Source: a virus (lineage: Duplodnaviria; Heunggongvirae; Uroviricota; Caudoviricetes). Taken from it: a DNA stretch of 64,000 nucleotides. The stretch is taken from IMG/VR virus record IMGVR_UViG_3300024272_000009. One strand, 5' to 3'. Positions 1 through 8,274 of the stretch are shown here, in pieces. Every line of letters begins with the position of its first letter. Positions within the stretch are counted from its first letter, which is position 1. A program made the position numbers and the translations under genes. The notes under the pieces are model-generated. The model was not told the DNA's origin. It did no database searches and was given only the letters and a program-made list of their open reading frames with translations.

Positions 1-96
1 GCAATCTTCACAAGTCTTTTATTTAATCTTAGTTCGTCAAATAAATCCAGATACAAAATTGAAATCCTCCGAGTTTCGTTTTTTATTATATTATAC

Positions 97-127
97 AATA
101 TAAAAGGCCGGGGTTTTAAGCCGGCCT
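97..127 (-). terminator. Rho-independent terminator downstream of gene 134..994
   Basis: Perfect 7-bp GC stem aggccgg/ccggcct (105-111, 121-127) with 9-nt loop. On the minus strand it is followed by ttttatat. Confidence 0.75.
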
Positions 128-133
128 AGAGTT

Positions 134-994
134 TTACAGCGCATAACTTACCTTAAGCTCAGCAAGACAACTCTTAAGGTACTTATAAAGCTTCTGATTG
201 TTAGCTCTCTCAATCGCATCGAGAACCGTAGTAAGTTTCTCTTCTGAAATGTGATAACGTCTCATAAAAGAACTCTTATATGTAGCCGGAAGCTTACTTA
301 CAATCTGAACCAGCTTATAGGGCCAGAACTCTGAGCTGTGCTCAGTATATCTATAAGTCTCACCGTCGGCATTAGTGGTCTTAATAGTTCTTTTAGAGTG
401 TCGCTGTACGTCATTGAAAGCAATATTATCAATTAAGATAGCTTCAATGATTTTATTACGATTGATATAGTTCTGAACCAGCATCATAACGTCATCAGCA
501 CTAGTGTCGAAGCAGTCGTCTTCATCCTCAAGCATATCACCGAGAGTCTTTGCCTCATCATCAGAATCACCGGCAATCGGAGCGTCCATACTAGTGCAGT
601 AGTTTACAGCCTTCTTCTTATCAAGCCTGAGATCATAGTACTTCTGAAGCTTAATAGTATCAATACACTTATTGATACACTGCTGTGCATTAAGTTTCTT
701 AGTCTCGTCTCTCCAGCCTCTGTACTTACAAGCGTACTCGATTGCTTCATAGAGCCACCAGAAGAAATCTTCGTACTCGAGACAAGGTGCAACAGTATTC
801 TCTCTGTACATCTTATCAATCTTATACCAGAAGCGAAGAATAAGTGCCGAGATATAAATGTTCTTCAGCTGTTCATTACCAGTGTCAGTTGCGTCGCAGT
901 AAGCATCGGCAAGTTCGTCGATAGAATACTGCTCATAGGGCTTTACAAGTTTGCGGGCCTGCTCAATCAAATCTTTCTTAGTATCATTTAGCAT
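134..994 (-). CDS. hypothetical protein; possible transcription-regulator/sigma-like protein (speculative)
   Basis: 286-aa ORF with a GGAGG RBS 8 nt before the ATG. It has its own sigma-A-like promoter and terminator. The core is aromatic-rich and the C-terminal segment is HTH-like. No motif I can firmly name. Confidence 0.3.
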   Translation of the reverse strand: MLNDTKKDLIEQARKLVKPYEQYSIDELADAYCDATDTGNEQLKNIYISALILRFWYKIDKMYRENTVAPCLEYEDFFWWLYEAIEYACKYRGWRDETKKLNAQQCINKCIDTIKLQKYYDLRLDKKKAVNYCTSMDAPIAGDSDDEAKTLGDMLEDEDDCFDTSADDVMMLVQNYINRNKIIEAILIDNIAFNDVQRHSKRTIKTTNADGETYRYTEHSSEFWPYKLVQIVSKLPATYKSSFMRRYHISEEKLTTVLDAIERANNQKLYKYLKSCLAELKVSYAL

Positions 995-1027
995 ATGTAT
1001 ATCCTCCGTTTATCTTTCGTATAATAC

Positions 1028-1056
1028 ATTATAACACATTTTGTGACAAAAGTAAA
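1028..1056 (-). promoter_or_regulatory. sigma-A-like promoter for gene 134..994
   Basis: On the coding strand: -35 TTTACT, 17-bp spacer, extended -10 TGtTATAAT. The GGAGG RBS and ATG at 994 follow. Confidence 0.55.
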
Positions 1057-1091
1057 CCCCTTTTGGCATATGTTTACAAACTATTCACAAA

Positions 1092-1847
1092 TTAGTAATG
1101 CTCATAATACGTTATTCCGTTATCATCACAGGTAATAGAATACCCAGAGTCAGAACGGTCTGCAAGCTTAATAAAAGCTTCCATCAAGCAAGCAAGTTGA
1201 CGAATCTCAGAGCAGTCTACCTTACCCTCATCCGTGCAAGAGAGCTCAGCAAAGCCGAGGTACTCGAGGTCGTCAGCATAAATATAGTTGAAGTCTTCGA
1301 CAGCTTTATCCATCTCGATAACTTCGAACTTAAGCTGAGACAGCCAATCACAGAAAGCTCTGAGTTCATCACAAAGTTTATCGAACTCACGAACGAGCTT
1401 AGTAAACATCTGAAGCTCAAAGCGGTTTTCTTTTACCGTATATCCGTAATAACGACACCATTCCTTATACTGAGAATAATCATCATTATCAGTTATAGAG
1501 CAAGGAAGAACATCACCACGGTCGTCTTTGTTATAAAGAACAAGATAACCACCGCTTCTTCCATTGAAGCCGACAACGTAACCGGGATGCTCCCTCTCCC
1601 ATTCTCTGATTATATCGTTAAGTACTTCGTACTCTCCGTTATTAAGAAGATTAAGAGCAGTCCAGCAGTCTCCGCTGAGATTAAGTCTATGTACCTTTAC
1701 GTTGTTTGCAATAGAATAAACTCCGTTCCAAGAGTTCATAGTAGGGTATCTGAAGTGGTCCTTAAGAAAATTGAACATTTGCTTATCGTTTGTAATATCA
1801 ATTCCAGTCTGGTAAAACATTATGTAGTCCTCCTCAGTGCTCAGCAA
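1092..1847 (-). CDS. hypothetical protein
   Basis: 251-aa minus-strand ORF with normal composition. The overlapping plus-strand ORF 1098..1850 is low-complexity (I/L/S-rich) and treated as an antisense artefact. Confidence 0.6.
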   Translation of the reverse strand: MLSTEEDYIMFYQTGIDITNDKQMFNFLKDHFRYPTMNSWNGVYSIANNVKVHRLNLSGDCWTALNLLNNGEYEVLNDIIREWEREHPGYVVGFNGRSGGYLVLYNKDDRGDVLPCSITDNDDYSQYKEWCRYYGYTVKENRFELQMFTKLVREFDKLCDELRAFCDWLSQLKFEVIEMDKAVEDFNYIYADDLEYLGFAELSCTDEGKVDCSEIRQLACLMEAFIKLADRSDSGYSITCDDNGITYYEHY

Positions 1848-2145
1848 TAGTAATATAGATTTCGTTGGTCACATCTGCAAAGTCCCAATCAATCTCGAAG
1901 TACTCTTCAGCCTCGGAACCATAGACTCTGGTACGAGACATGTTGTACTCAAGCTCCACATGGTCATCGGACTGAACAACCTCGTCATAGCAGACATCCT
2001 TACACTCTACAAGACCTTTGAGAGCGTCAGACTTAGAAGTATAAACTCCGTGAACTCCGCAAAAAGCTTTAGAGTTTCCAACATCGTCCTGTCCAGCCGA
2101 GCCCCAACAAACAATATAAAGTTTTTCCATTTTACTTTCCTCCAA
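1834..2145 (-). CDS. hypothetical protein
   Basis: 103-aa ORF with a GGAGG RBS. It is preceded by a near-consensus promoter at 2170-2198. Confidence 0.6.
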   Translation of the reverse strand: MEESKMEKLYIVCWGSAGQDDVGNSKAFCGVHGVYTSKSDALKGLVECKDVCYDEVVQSDDHVELEYNMSRTRVYGSEAEEYFEIDWDFADVTNEIYITIAEH

Positions 2146-2169
2146 AGTATCAGTGTTTCTTACGTATAT

Positions 2170-2198
2170 ATTATATCACAAAAAGGTCGATTTGTAAA
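2170..2198 (-). promoter_or_regulatory. near-consensus sigma-A-type promoter (copy A of a duplicated ~85-bp cassette)
   Basis: Coding strand reads GTTTACA-aatcgacctttttgTGaTATAAT: -35 TTTACA, 17-bp spacer, TGnTATAAT. Flanking sequence over 2170-2252 is about 75 % identical to 3884-3970. Confidence 0.65.
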
Positions 2199-2423
2199 CT
2201 GACAAAACAACCGAAGTTTTCAAAATTATTTTATTTATTTCTGTGCAATATGTAGAGACACCATAAGGAAGAGCCGATTAAGAAGGTTTATAGAAGTTAG
2301 GCAATTAGAATAAAAATATTATAATGCTCTTCCCTATGAGTCTACGGAAAAACGTTTGGCTTTAATGGTTGTGTATTTAGGATACAAGTCTATTATATAA
2401 TAAATGAAGAGTTTTGTAAACCC

Positions 2424-3011
2424 TTAAATAATAAGTTCGCAGTGGTAATAGTTGCCGTCAGCGTAAGTAACCTTCGAAATAATCTTATAGAAGAGAATAG
2501 CCTTGTTGACTTCTTTAACAAAGTCGATTCCAATAAGATCATTCTTATTGAAGTCTCTTAGCAGTTTGCAGGGAATCTTAAGAGTGCCATCATCGAGGAG
2601 TTCATAATCTTCATCAGCAAGAGCTACTATATTCTCTTCATAGTCGGGACCGTACTCATCATCAATCCAAAGGTCTCTCGAATAGATAGTACCAATATTT
2701 ATAGTACCTTCATCGTCAGGATCAGCCACTACAGTTTCAACTTCAATAGAGAAGTACATAGTAGACTTATCAAGTTTCTCATAACCGATCTCATCGAGTG
2801 CTACTACAGTAACTTTCTCTGCACAAGCGACGGCTTCATCAGGGTTAACAAACTCTCCAACAAGAACTTCGGTATCGGTAGGCTCGTCCTCATCATTGTA
2901 GCCGAGTGCCCATACTTCGTAAGTTACTTCAGAGTCTTCAGGAATATCCTCGATGTCCTCTACGATAGAATCCATAAGCTCTTCATTCTCAAACAATTCT
3001 TTTACGTTCAT
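2424..3011 (-). CDS. hypothetical acidic protein
   Basis: 195-aa ORF, strongly D/E-rich, with an AGAGAGG RBS. Confidence 0.55.
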   Translation of the reverse strand: MNVKELFENEELMDSIVEDIEDIPEDSEVTYEVWALGYNDEDEPTDTEVLVGEFVNPDEAVACAEKVTVVALDEIGYEKLDKSTMYFSIEVETVVADPDDEGTINIGTIYSRDLWIDDEYGPDYEENIVALADEDYELLDDGTLKIPCKLLRDFNKNDLIGIDFVKEVNKAILFYKIISKVTYADGNYYHCELII

Positions 3012-3103
3012 AATATGTACCTCTCTTAAATTTTTCTTACATTTATATTATAACATATTTTGTCAGATAATGTGCTAACAGACTGTAAATAAATTGTTAA
3101 TAA

Positions 3104-3403
3104 TTATTTGATGCGCACCCAACCAACAATATCACAATAATAAAAGCTTGTGGTAATATCAGTCTTAAGCTCAATCACGTCGCTCACTGATAAAGAGTGT
3201 CCCTTAAAGTCTGCCGGCATTCTCATGTTAAATACATGAAAGATAATATCACAAATCTCGGTAGCAGTCTTTGCTTCTGCATCGAACTCTCCCTCTCCGA
3301 GGCACTCGTAATCCTTGAAATTAAACTTCTTAGGATCATAACCTCTGAAAGCATAGTCAGTATTTGCGATGTCCTTAATCTGATGAATCTTATATGTAAT
3401 CAT
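3104..3403 (-). CDS. hypothetical protein
   Basis: 99-aa ORF on the minus strand with a GGAGGA RBS. Confidence 0.55.
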   Translation of the reverse strand: MITYKIHQIKDIANTDYAFRGYDPKKFNFKDYECLGEGEFDAEAKTATEICDIIFHVFNMRMPADFKGHSLSVSDVIELKTDITTSFYYCDIVGWVRIK

Positions 3404-3406
3404 ATT

Positions 3407-3589
3407 TTAGTCCTCCATGTAATTGGGTTTATACTTAGGCTTTCTCTTTCGGCGGTCGTCAAAGACCTGAGCTTTGTTCTTTAGCCGGCTAAACTTTCTA
3501 TCAGGGTTAGGAACTGAAGCAACATCGATCGTAAAGCGAATAATGTTGTCAGGCTTCTTAGCTCTGACTTCATGCGTTCTTTGTCTCAT
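3407..3589 (-). CDS. small basic hypothetical protein
   Basis: 60-aa K/R-rich ORF with a strong GAGGAGG RBS 7 nt upstream. Confidence 0.5.
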   Translation of the reverse strand: MRQRTHEVRAKKPDNIIRFTIDVASVPNPDRKFSRLKNKAQVFDDRRKRKPKYKPNYMED

Positions 3590-3601
3590 CTGTTTTCCTC
3601 C

Positions 3602-3853
3602 TCACATCTTTCCATTGGTCATATCCATAATCGTCATGAGAACTTCATTTGATGGATTGGGATCAAGTTCCATCCACTCGTCTGCGTAGACATGAGTGCT
3701 GCCGAAAGAGAATACATGATTCACATCGATGTAGGCAACTAAAGTTTTATTGCCTCTGTCTTCGAGAACGAGGTATCTCTCCTCACCAGTCTCACGAGGT
3801 CCGAGCCACTCGGGCTTTGCTTTGATAATGTCACCAACATTAAATTTACTCAT
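3602..3853 (-). CDS. hypothetical protein
   Basis: 83-aa ORF with a GGAGG RBS. Promoter copy B lies immediately upstream. Confidence 0.55.
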   Translation of the reverse strand: MSKFNVGDIIKAKPEWLGPRETGEERYLVLEDRGNKTLVAYIDVNHVFSFGSTHVYADEWMELDPNPSNEVLMTIMDMTNGKM

Positions 3854-3885
3854 TTTAATTTCCTCCGTTGTTTTCTTACATTAAT

Positions 3886-3914
3886 ATTATATCACGTTTC
3901 GCGCGATTTGTAAA
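3886..3914 (-). promoter_or_regulatory. near-consensus sigma-A-type promoter (copy B of the duplicated cassette)
   Basis: Coding strand reads GTTTACA-aatcgcgcgaaacgTGaTATAAT: -35 TTTACA, 17-bp spacer, extended -10. Confidence 0.65.
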
Positions 3915-3971
3915 CCGACAAAACCAACAAAGTTTCAATAATTTTTCTGTGTGCTTTTGTGCAAAATAAAA

Positions 3972-4028
3972 ATAACGTTTGTTAATATAAACGAAATATA
4001 GGGTTTCGTCAATAATAACAAACGTTAA
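3972..4028 (-). terminator. nested hairpin terminator after nrdG
   Basis: 11-bp inverted repeat aacgtttgtta / taacaaacgtt (3974-3984, 4016-4026). An inner acgaaa/tttcgt pair sits between them. The structure lies directly after the nrdG stop. Confidence 0.5.
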
Positions 4029-4033
4029 TCTTT

Positions 4034-4534
4034 TTATTCATATAATATAAGGTCGCCGGTTCGGAGAGTTTCTTTTAGGTCGATAATTCTTTGGTTCGAA
4101 GATCCGCGATATTTCAGTCTAAGGTCTTTTAGTTCTTCTACGAATCTACCGTCGACTACTACATCGATTCCGGAATCTACTAGACCCTCTAATACTTCTT
4201 CTAACAAGTAGCCGGTCCAAAGCCAAACAGTTTTATCCGGATACACTTCCTTAAATCTTCTGGCAAGTCGACATACCTCAGCAAGGTTCCTAGGGTGCAA
4301 GGGTTCTCCACCAAGAATACTCAGTCCGCTAATATGATCCGGCTTAGCGAGTTTGAGGATACTAGTTAAAATATCCTCAGTAAACTCCTTGCCATGATCA
4401 AAGTTCCAAGTTTCCGGGTTAAAGCAGTTCTTACATCTGTGCTCGCAGCCACTAACGAAGAGACTGATCCGGCAGCCAGGGCCATTAGCAATATCTAAAC
4501 TTCTAATCTGACTATAATTCATTAGCACCCACAC
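4034..4534 (-). CDS. nrdG: anaerobic ribonucleotide reductase activating protein (radical SAM)
   Basis: 166-aa protein with the CxxxCxxC radical-SAM cluster motif (GCEHRCKNC). It overlaps the nrdD stop by 13 nt, the typical coupled nrdDG arrangement. Confidence 0.85.
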   Translation of the reverse strand: MWVLMNYSQIRSLDIANGPGCRISLFVSGCEHRCKNCFNPETWNFDHGKEFTEDILTSILKLAKPDHISGLSILGGEPLHPRNLAEVCRLARRFKEVYPDKTVWLWTGYLLEEVLEGLVDSGIDVVVDGRFVEELKDLRLKYRGSSNQRIIDLKETLRTGDLILYE

Positions 4535-6732
4535 TCATGACAGTCCATATGAACGAAGCGGTCTTTAATCTCTGCAGTTCTGCCTTGGTTAAAGAACTGA
4601 GTTCCGATGTAGCCACAAGTTCTTCTAGCAACATTCATCTTGCTTTGGTCTCTGTTACCACAGTTAGGACACTCCCAGACAAGCTTACCCGACTCATCTT
4701 CTACGATCATGATCTCACGATCCCAGCCACACTCCTGACAGTAGTCTGACTTAATGTTGAGTTCCGCATACATGATGTTATCGTAGATATACTGGATTAC
4801 TGTAAGTACTGCTTCGAGGTTATTCTCTAGGTTCGCACTTTCGATGTAGCTGATTGCACCGCCGGAAGAAAGTCTCTGGAACTTCGCTTCTACCGCAAGC
4901 TTTTCGAAAGGATCTATCTCTTTAGTTACATGAACATGATAACTATTAGTAATATAGTTCTTATCTGTAACTCCGGGAATTTCGCCCCAGCGCTTCTGCA
5001 AGCACTTAGCAAACTTGTAAGTAGTGCTCTCAAGAGGGGTTCCGTAGATTCCGAAGCCGAGATAGAGTTCCTTGTTCCACTCATCGCACTTCTTGTTCAT
5101 GTATCGCATGATCTCGAGTCCGAGTTCCTGGCCTTCTTCGGTTAGAAGGTCCTTACCAATAAGTTCTACCACACATTCCCACAAACCAGCGTATCCAAGT
5201 GAGATAGTCGAGTATCCGCCAGTAAGAAGCTTATCGATAGTCTCACCTTTCTTAAGTCTAGCGATAGCACCATGCTGCCAGAGGATGGGAGCGACGTCGC
5301 TTACTGTACCCTTGAGTCTTTCGTAGCGGCAGAGCAGGGCTTTATGACAGAGCTCAAGTACTTCATCGAAGTTCTTCCAGAAGCTACTAAGATCCTTCGA
5401 GTAGTTCGCACCATCGGATCCACACGCGACATCAACTAAGTTGACGGTGACTACACCCTTATTAAAGCGGCCGTACCACTTCTGTTTACCATTCTCATCA
5501 TACCAAGGAGAGAGACAGGATCTACAACCCATAGGAGCGAAGCATCCGCCTTCCTTGAGTTCCTTCATGATCTTCTCACTAATGTAATCCGGAACAAGTC
5601 GCTTAGCAGTACACTTTGCTGCAAGCTTAGTAAGATACCAGTACTCGGAATTAGGATACACGTTATCTTCTTCTAGAACATATACAAGTTTTGGGAACGC
5701 GGGGGAAACCCAGACGCCTTTCTCATTCTTGATGCCCTCAGTTCTCTGACGAAGAACTTCTTCGATAACCATCGCAAGATCTTTCTTAGTCCGCTCATCT
5801 TCTACTTCATTGAGATACATAAACACAGTGATGAAAGGGGCTTGACCATTTGTAGTGAGCAGGGTATTAACCTGATACTGGATAGTCTGAACGCCGCGCT
5901 TTACTTCTGCTCTTACACGCTTTTCTGTAATTGCAGCAATTTCGGCTTCAGCTTCTGTATCGAAACCTACCATATCGAATTCAGCTCTTACTTCATCCAT
6001 AATCTTACGCCTAGAGACGTCTACGAAAGGAGCAAGATGTGAGAGGGTGATTGACTGACCGCCATACTGGTTACTACTTACTTGTGCGATGATCTGTGTC
6101 GCAATATTACAAGCGGTAGCAAAACTATGAGGCTTCTCAACTAGAGTACCGGAAATTACGGTTCCGTTCTGAAGCATATCTTCGAGATTAACTAAATCAC
6201 AGTTATGCATCTTCTGAATGAAGTAATCTGAGTCATGGAAGTGAATAGTACCATCATCATGAGCCTTGACTACATCCTTAGGAAGAAGAAGTCTTCTGGT
6301 AATATCCTTACTAGTTTCTCCTGCCATGTAATCTCTCTGCGTAGAATTAACTACAGGATTCTTGTTCGCGTTCTCCTGCTTGAGTTCCTCATTTGCGAGG
6401 TTAATCAAACTCAAGATCGAATCATCGGTAGTGTTTGACTTTCTAACAAGCTCCTTATTGTATCTATATTTAATAAATGCACGAACGAGATTGTTGTAAT
6501 TTCGGGAGATGAGTTCGTCTTCGATCAGGTCATTAATGTCCTCGACTTTAATTGCCCTCTTATATACTTTACACTTCTCTTCTACAATAGTTGCAAGCTG
6601 ATCAATCTTTCTAGGACCAATCTGCTTTGATTTAATAACTTCCTGATTAGCCTGAGAAATTGCCTTGATAATCTTAGACTTATCGAATTCGACTTCTCTG
6701 CCATCACGCTTAATAACTCTTTGCATAATCAA
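4522..6732 (-). CDS. nrdD: anaerobic ribonucleoside-triphosphate reductase (class III RNR)
   Basis: 736-aa protein. The C-terminal glycyl-radical motif RTCGYIG is preceded by a Zn-ribbon (CQECG...CPNCG). Length and layout are typical of NrdD. Confidence 0.9.
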   Translation of the reverse strand: MIMQRVIKRDGREVEFDKSKIIKAISQANQEVIKSKQIGPRKIDQLATIVEEKCKVYKRAIKVEDINDLIEDELISRNYNNLVRAFIKYRYNKELVRKSNTTDDSILSLINLANEELKQENANKNPVVNSTQRDYMAGETSKDITRRLLLPKDVVKAHDDGTIHFHDSDYFIQKMHNCDLVNLEDMLQNGTVISGTLVEKPHSFATACNIATQIIAQVSSNQYGGQSITLSHLAPFVDVSRRKIMDEVRAEFDMVGFDTEAEAEIAAITEKRVRAEVKRGVQTIQYQVNTLLTTNGQAPFITVFMYLNEVEDERTKKDLAMVIEEVLRQRTEGIKNEKGVWVSPAFPKLVYVLEEDNVYPNSEYWYLTKLAAKCTAKRLVPDYISEKIMKELKEGGCFAPMGCRSCLSPWYDENGKQKWYGRFNKGVVTVNLVDVACGSDGANYSKDLSSFWKNFDEVLELCHKALLCRYERLKGTVSDVAPILWQHGAIARLKKGETIDKLLTGGYSTISLGYAGLWECVVELIGKDLLTEEGQELGLEIMRYMNKKCDEWNKELYLGFGIYGTPLESTTYKFAKCLQKRWGEIPGVTDKNYITNSYHVHVTKEIDPFEKLAVEAKFQRLSSGGAISYIESANLENNLEAVLTVIQYIYDNIMYAELNIKSDYCQECGWDREIMIVEDESGKLVWECPNCGNRDQSKMNVARRTCGYIGTQFFNQGRTAEIKDRFVHMDCHECGC

Positions 6733-6777
6733 TACCTTTCCTTAATTTTTATGTCTAAGAGCCGAAACTCTGTATTT

Positions 6778-6785
6778 AATTTAGC
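6778..6785 (-). promoter_or_regulatory. GCTAAATT box (conserved intergenic motif) upstream of nrdD
   Basis: Plus-strand aatttagc equals minus-strand GCTAAATT. It is one of at least 14 copies of this box in intergenic DNA. Confidence 0.5.
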
Positions 6786-6900
6786 TGATTACAGGGTCAA
6801 TTTTACCCTATAAAAGGAGCGGGACGACGAGTTTTACCTCATCGCCCCTGATGCCAATGAACACCACATACTCGCAATCACCTATAATATTATACGATAA

Positions 6901-7119
6901 TTACGGTGTTATTTTTTGATAAAAAGAGAAATAAATTCCGAGTCCATCGACATAAAGATAGTACTTCTCAGAGTTATTCGTTTCGGATACTACGAAATTC
7001 TTATACTTAAACTTATCTAAATAGATAGCTCCAACCGGTTCTTTCCGGATATTAAGTAGTTCAATTACCGGCGGGTTCTCAAGCTCAGCATAAGTCTGAA
7101 ATAGAGTAGTTAGTTCCAT
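6901..7119 (-). CDS. hypothetical protein
   Basis: 72-aa ORF. A GC-rich imperfect hairpin follows it at 6819-6849. Confidence 0.45.
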   Translation of the reverse strand: MELTTLFQTYAELENPPVIELLNIRKEPVGAIYLDKFKYKNFVVSETNNSEKYYLYVDGLGIYFSFYQKITP

Positions 7120-7553
7120 AAGTCCCTCTCGCCTCCTAAGAAAGAATACCAGAAGTGGCCATTCCCAAGATATTCATCGTACTCATCCAGCATACTTCGT
7201 AATACCGCAAGATCTCTCTCATAGAACTCAATAACGTTCTGCAGTCTATTATAAGCAAGAAGCTTTTCTACTACAGCAGATCCGGTAGCTACCTCACTAC
7301 AGTACTCCTTAAATAAGGTTGCAGAAGAATCTTTAAGAGCGTTAATAATTAACTTAGTTGCTTTATGGAATTTCCAGCAGCCTATAAAAGCATCCCAAGA
7401 AGTAATAAGCTGAAATTCTGTAATCTGTTCTTTTTCGGCTCGTTCAAATATTTCTGATAAAAGCTGTTGTGCTTCTGTTGTTTGCATAATACATCCTATA
7501 ACTAAATAAAATAAAAACGCCTTGATCGGAGGAATCATCAAGGCGTTTAACAA
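7110..7553 (-). CDS. hypothetical protein
   Basis: 147-aa ORF that overlaps the downstream gene by 10 nt. Confidence 0.5.
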   Translation of the reverse strand: MLNALMIPPIKAFLFYLVIGCIMQTTEAQQLLSEIFERAEKEQITEFQLITSWDAFIGCWKFHKATKLIINALKDSSATLFKEYCSEVATGSAVVEKLLAYNRLQNVIEFYERDLAVLRSMLDEYDEYLGNGHFWYSFLGGERDLWN

Positions 7554-7648
7554 AGGAGGAAACTTGTCTACAAGATTTTCATCTTATATTATATAATACA
7601 ATAAAAAATCGAAATTTTTAAATTGTCTCAGTAATTTTTTATGTATAC

Positions 7649-8161
7649 TTAAATATTAAACAGCAGGCTGAAGATATCCGCGAGATTCTTATTATCAAAA
7701 GTATTCTTCGTGGTCTGACTACTAATAGTCGTTTCGAAATCGCCATCCTTAAGAGTAAGGTGATATCCTTCAGGATACTTTTCGGTAAAGGTTCTGAGCG
7801 CATCATCATAAGCTTTCTCTGCGGCAGCGAGAGTGTTATGGATGTCAGCCTTACCAAGCTCGTAAGCTTTCTTAAGGTCTGCGAGTGCTTCACTGAACTC
7901 TTCCGTAAGCTGATTAAGCTTACTCTTATAATCTCTACGAGCTGCGTTGAGAGCTTTAAAAGCATCCTCTACTTTCTGAGCATCTGCTTTCTTAGCAGCG
8001 GCTTTCTCATCCTTAGCTCTGAGCTTATCATAGTAAGCAGTTTCTGCTGCAGCAAGCTCTTCTACTGTATCGAAAGGCTTGCCGAGCAATCTGGAATAGA
8101 AGGAGTAGCCAAGCTTGGTATCCTTCGCAACATTTTCAATGTTCTGATTATCTTTCTTCAT
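7649..8161 (-). CDS. hypothetical coiled-coil protein
   Basis: 170-aa ORF, A/K/E-rich with heptad-like periodicity. The alternative frame 7639..7965 is rejected. Confidence 0.55.
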   Translation of the reverse strand: MKKDNQNIENVAKDTKLGYSFYSRLLGKPFDTVEELAAAETAYYDKLRAKDEKAAAKKADAQKVEDAFKALNAARRDYKSKLNQLTEEFSEALADLKKAYELGKADIHNTLAAAEKAYDDALRTFTEKYPEGYHLTLKDGDFETTISSQTTKNTFDNKNLADIFSLLFNI

Positions 8162-8274
8162 TTTAAATTACCATCCTATTAGTTTATTTATTTTCGTATA
8201 TTAAGTCCTCTCATAATATACGATATATTAAAATGAATTTCTAACCTGAGACTTATTAGTTATTCAGTTTAAAC

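Noticed and set aside
1098-1850. 250-aa plus-strand ORF overlapping gene 1092..1847
   Set aside because: It is antisense to a well-formed minus-strand gene and compositionally I/L/S/R-rich with IIIIIS runs. It has no RBS. No other plus-strand gene exists in the window.
2267-2333. ggaagagc...gctcttcc 8-bp inverted repeat with a roughly 50-nt loop downstream of gene 2424..3011
   Set aside because: No U-tract follows it, and the loop is too long for a simple terminator. It may be a structured UTR or a small RNA, but there is no supporting signal.
7639-7965. 108-aa ORF in an alternative frame of gene 7649..8161
   Set aside because: It lies fully inside the longer coiled-coil ORF on the same strand. 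The product is L/R/S-rich, typical of an off-frame translation.
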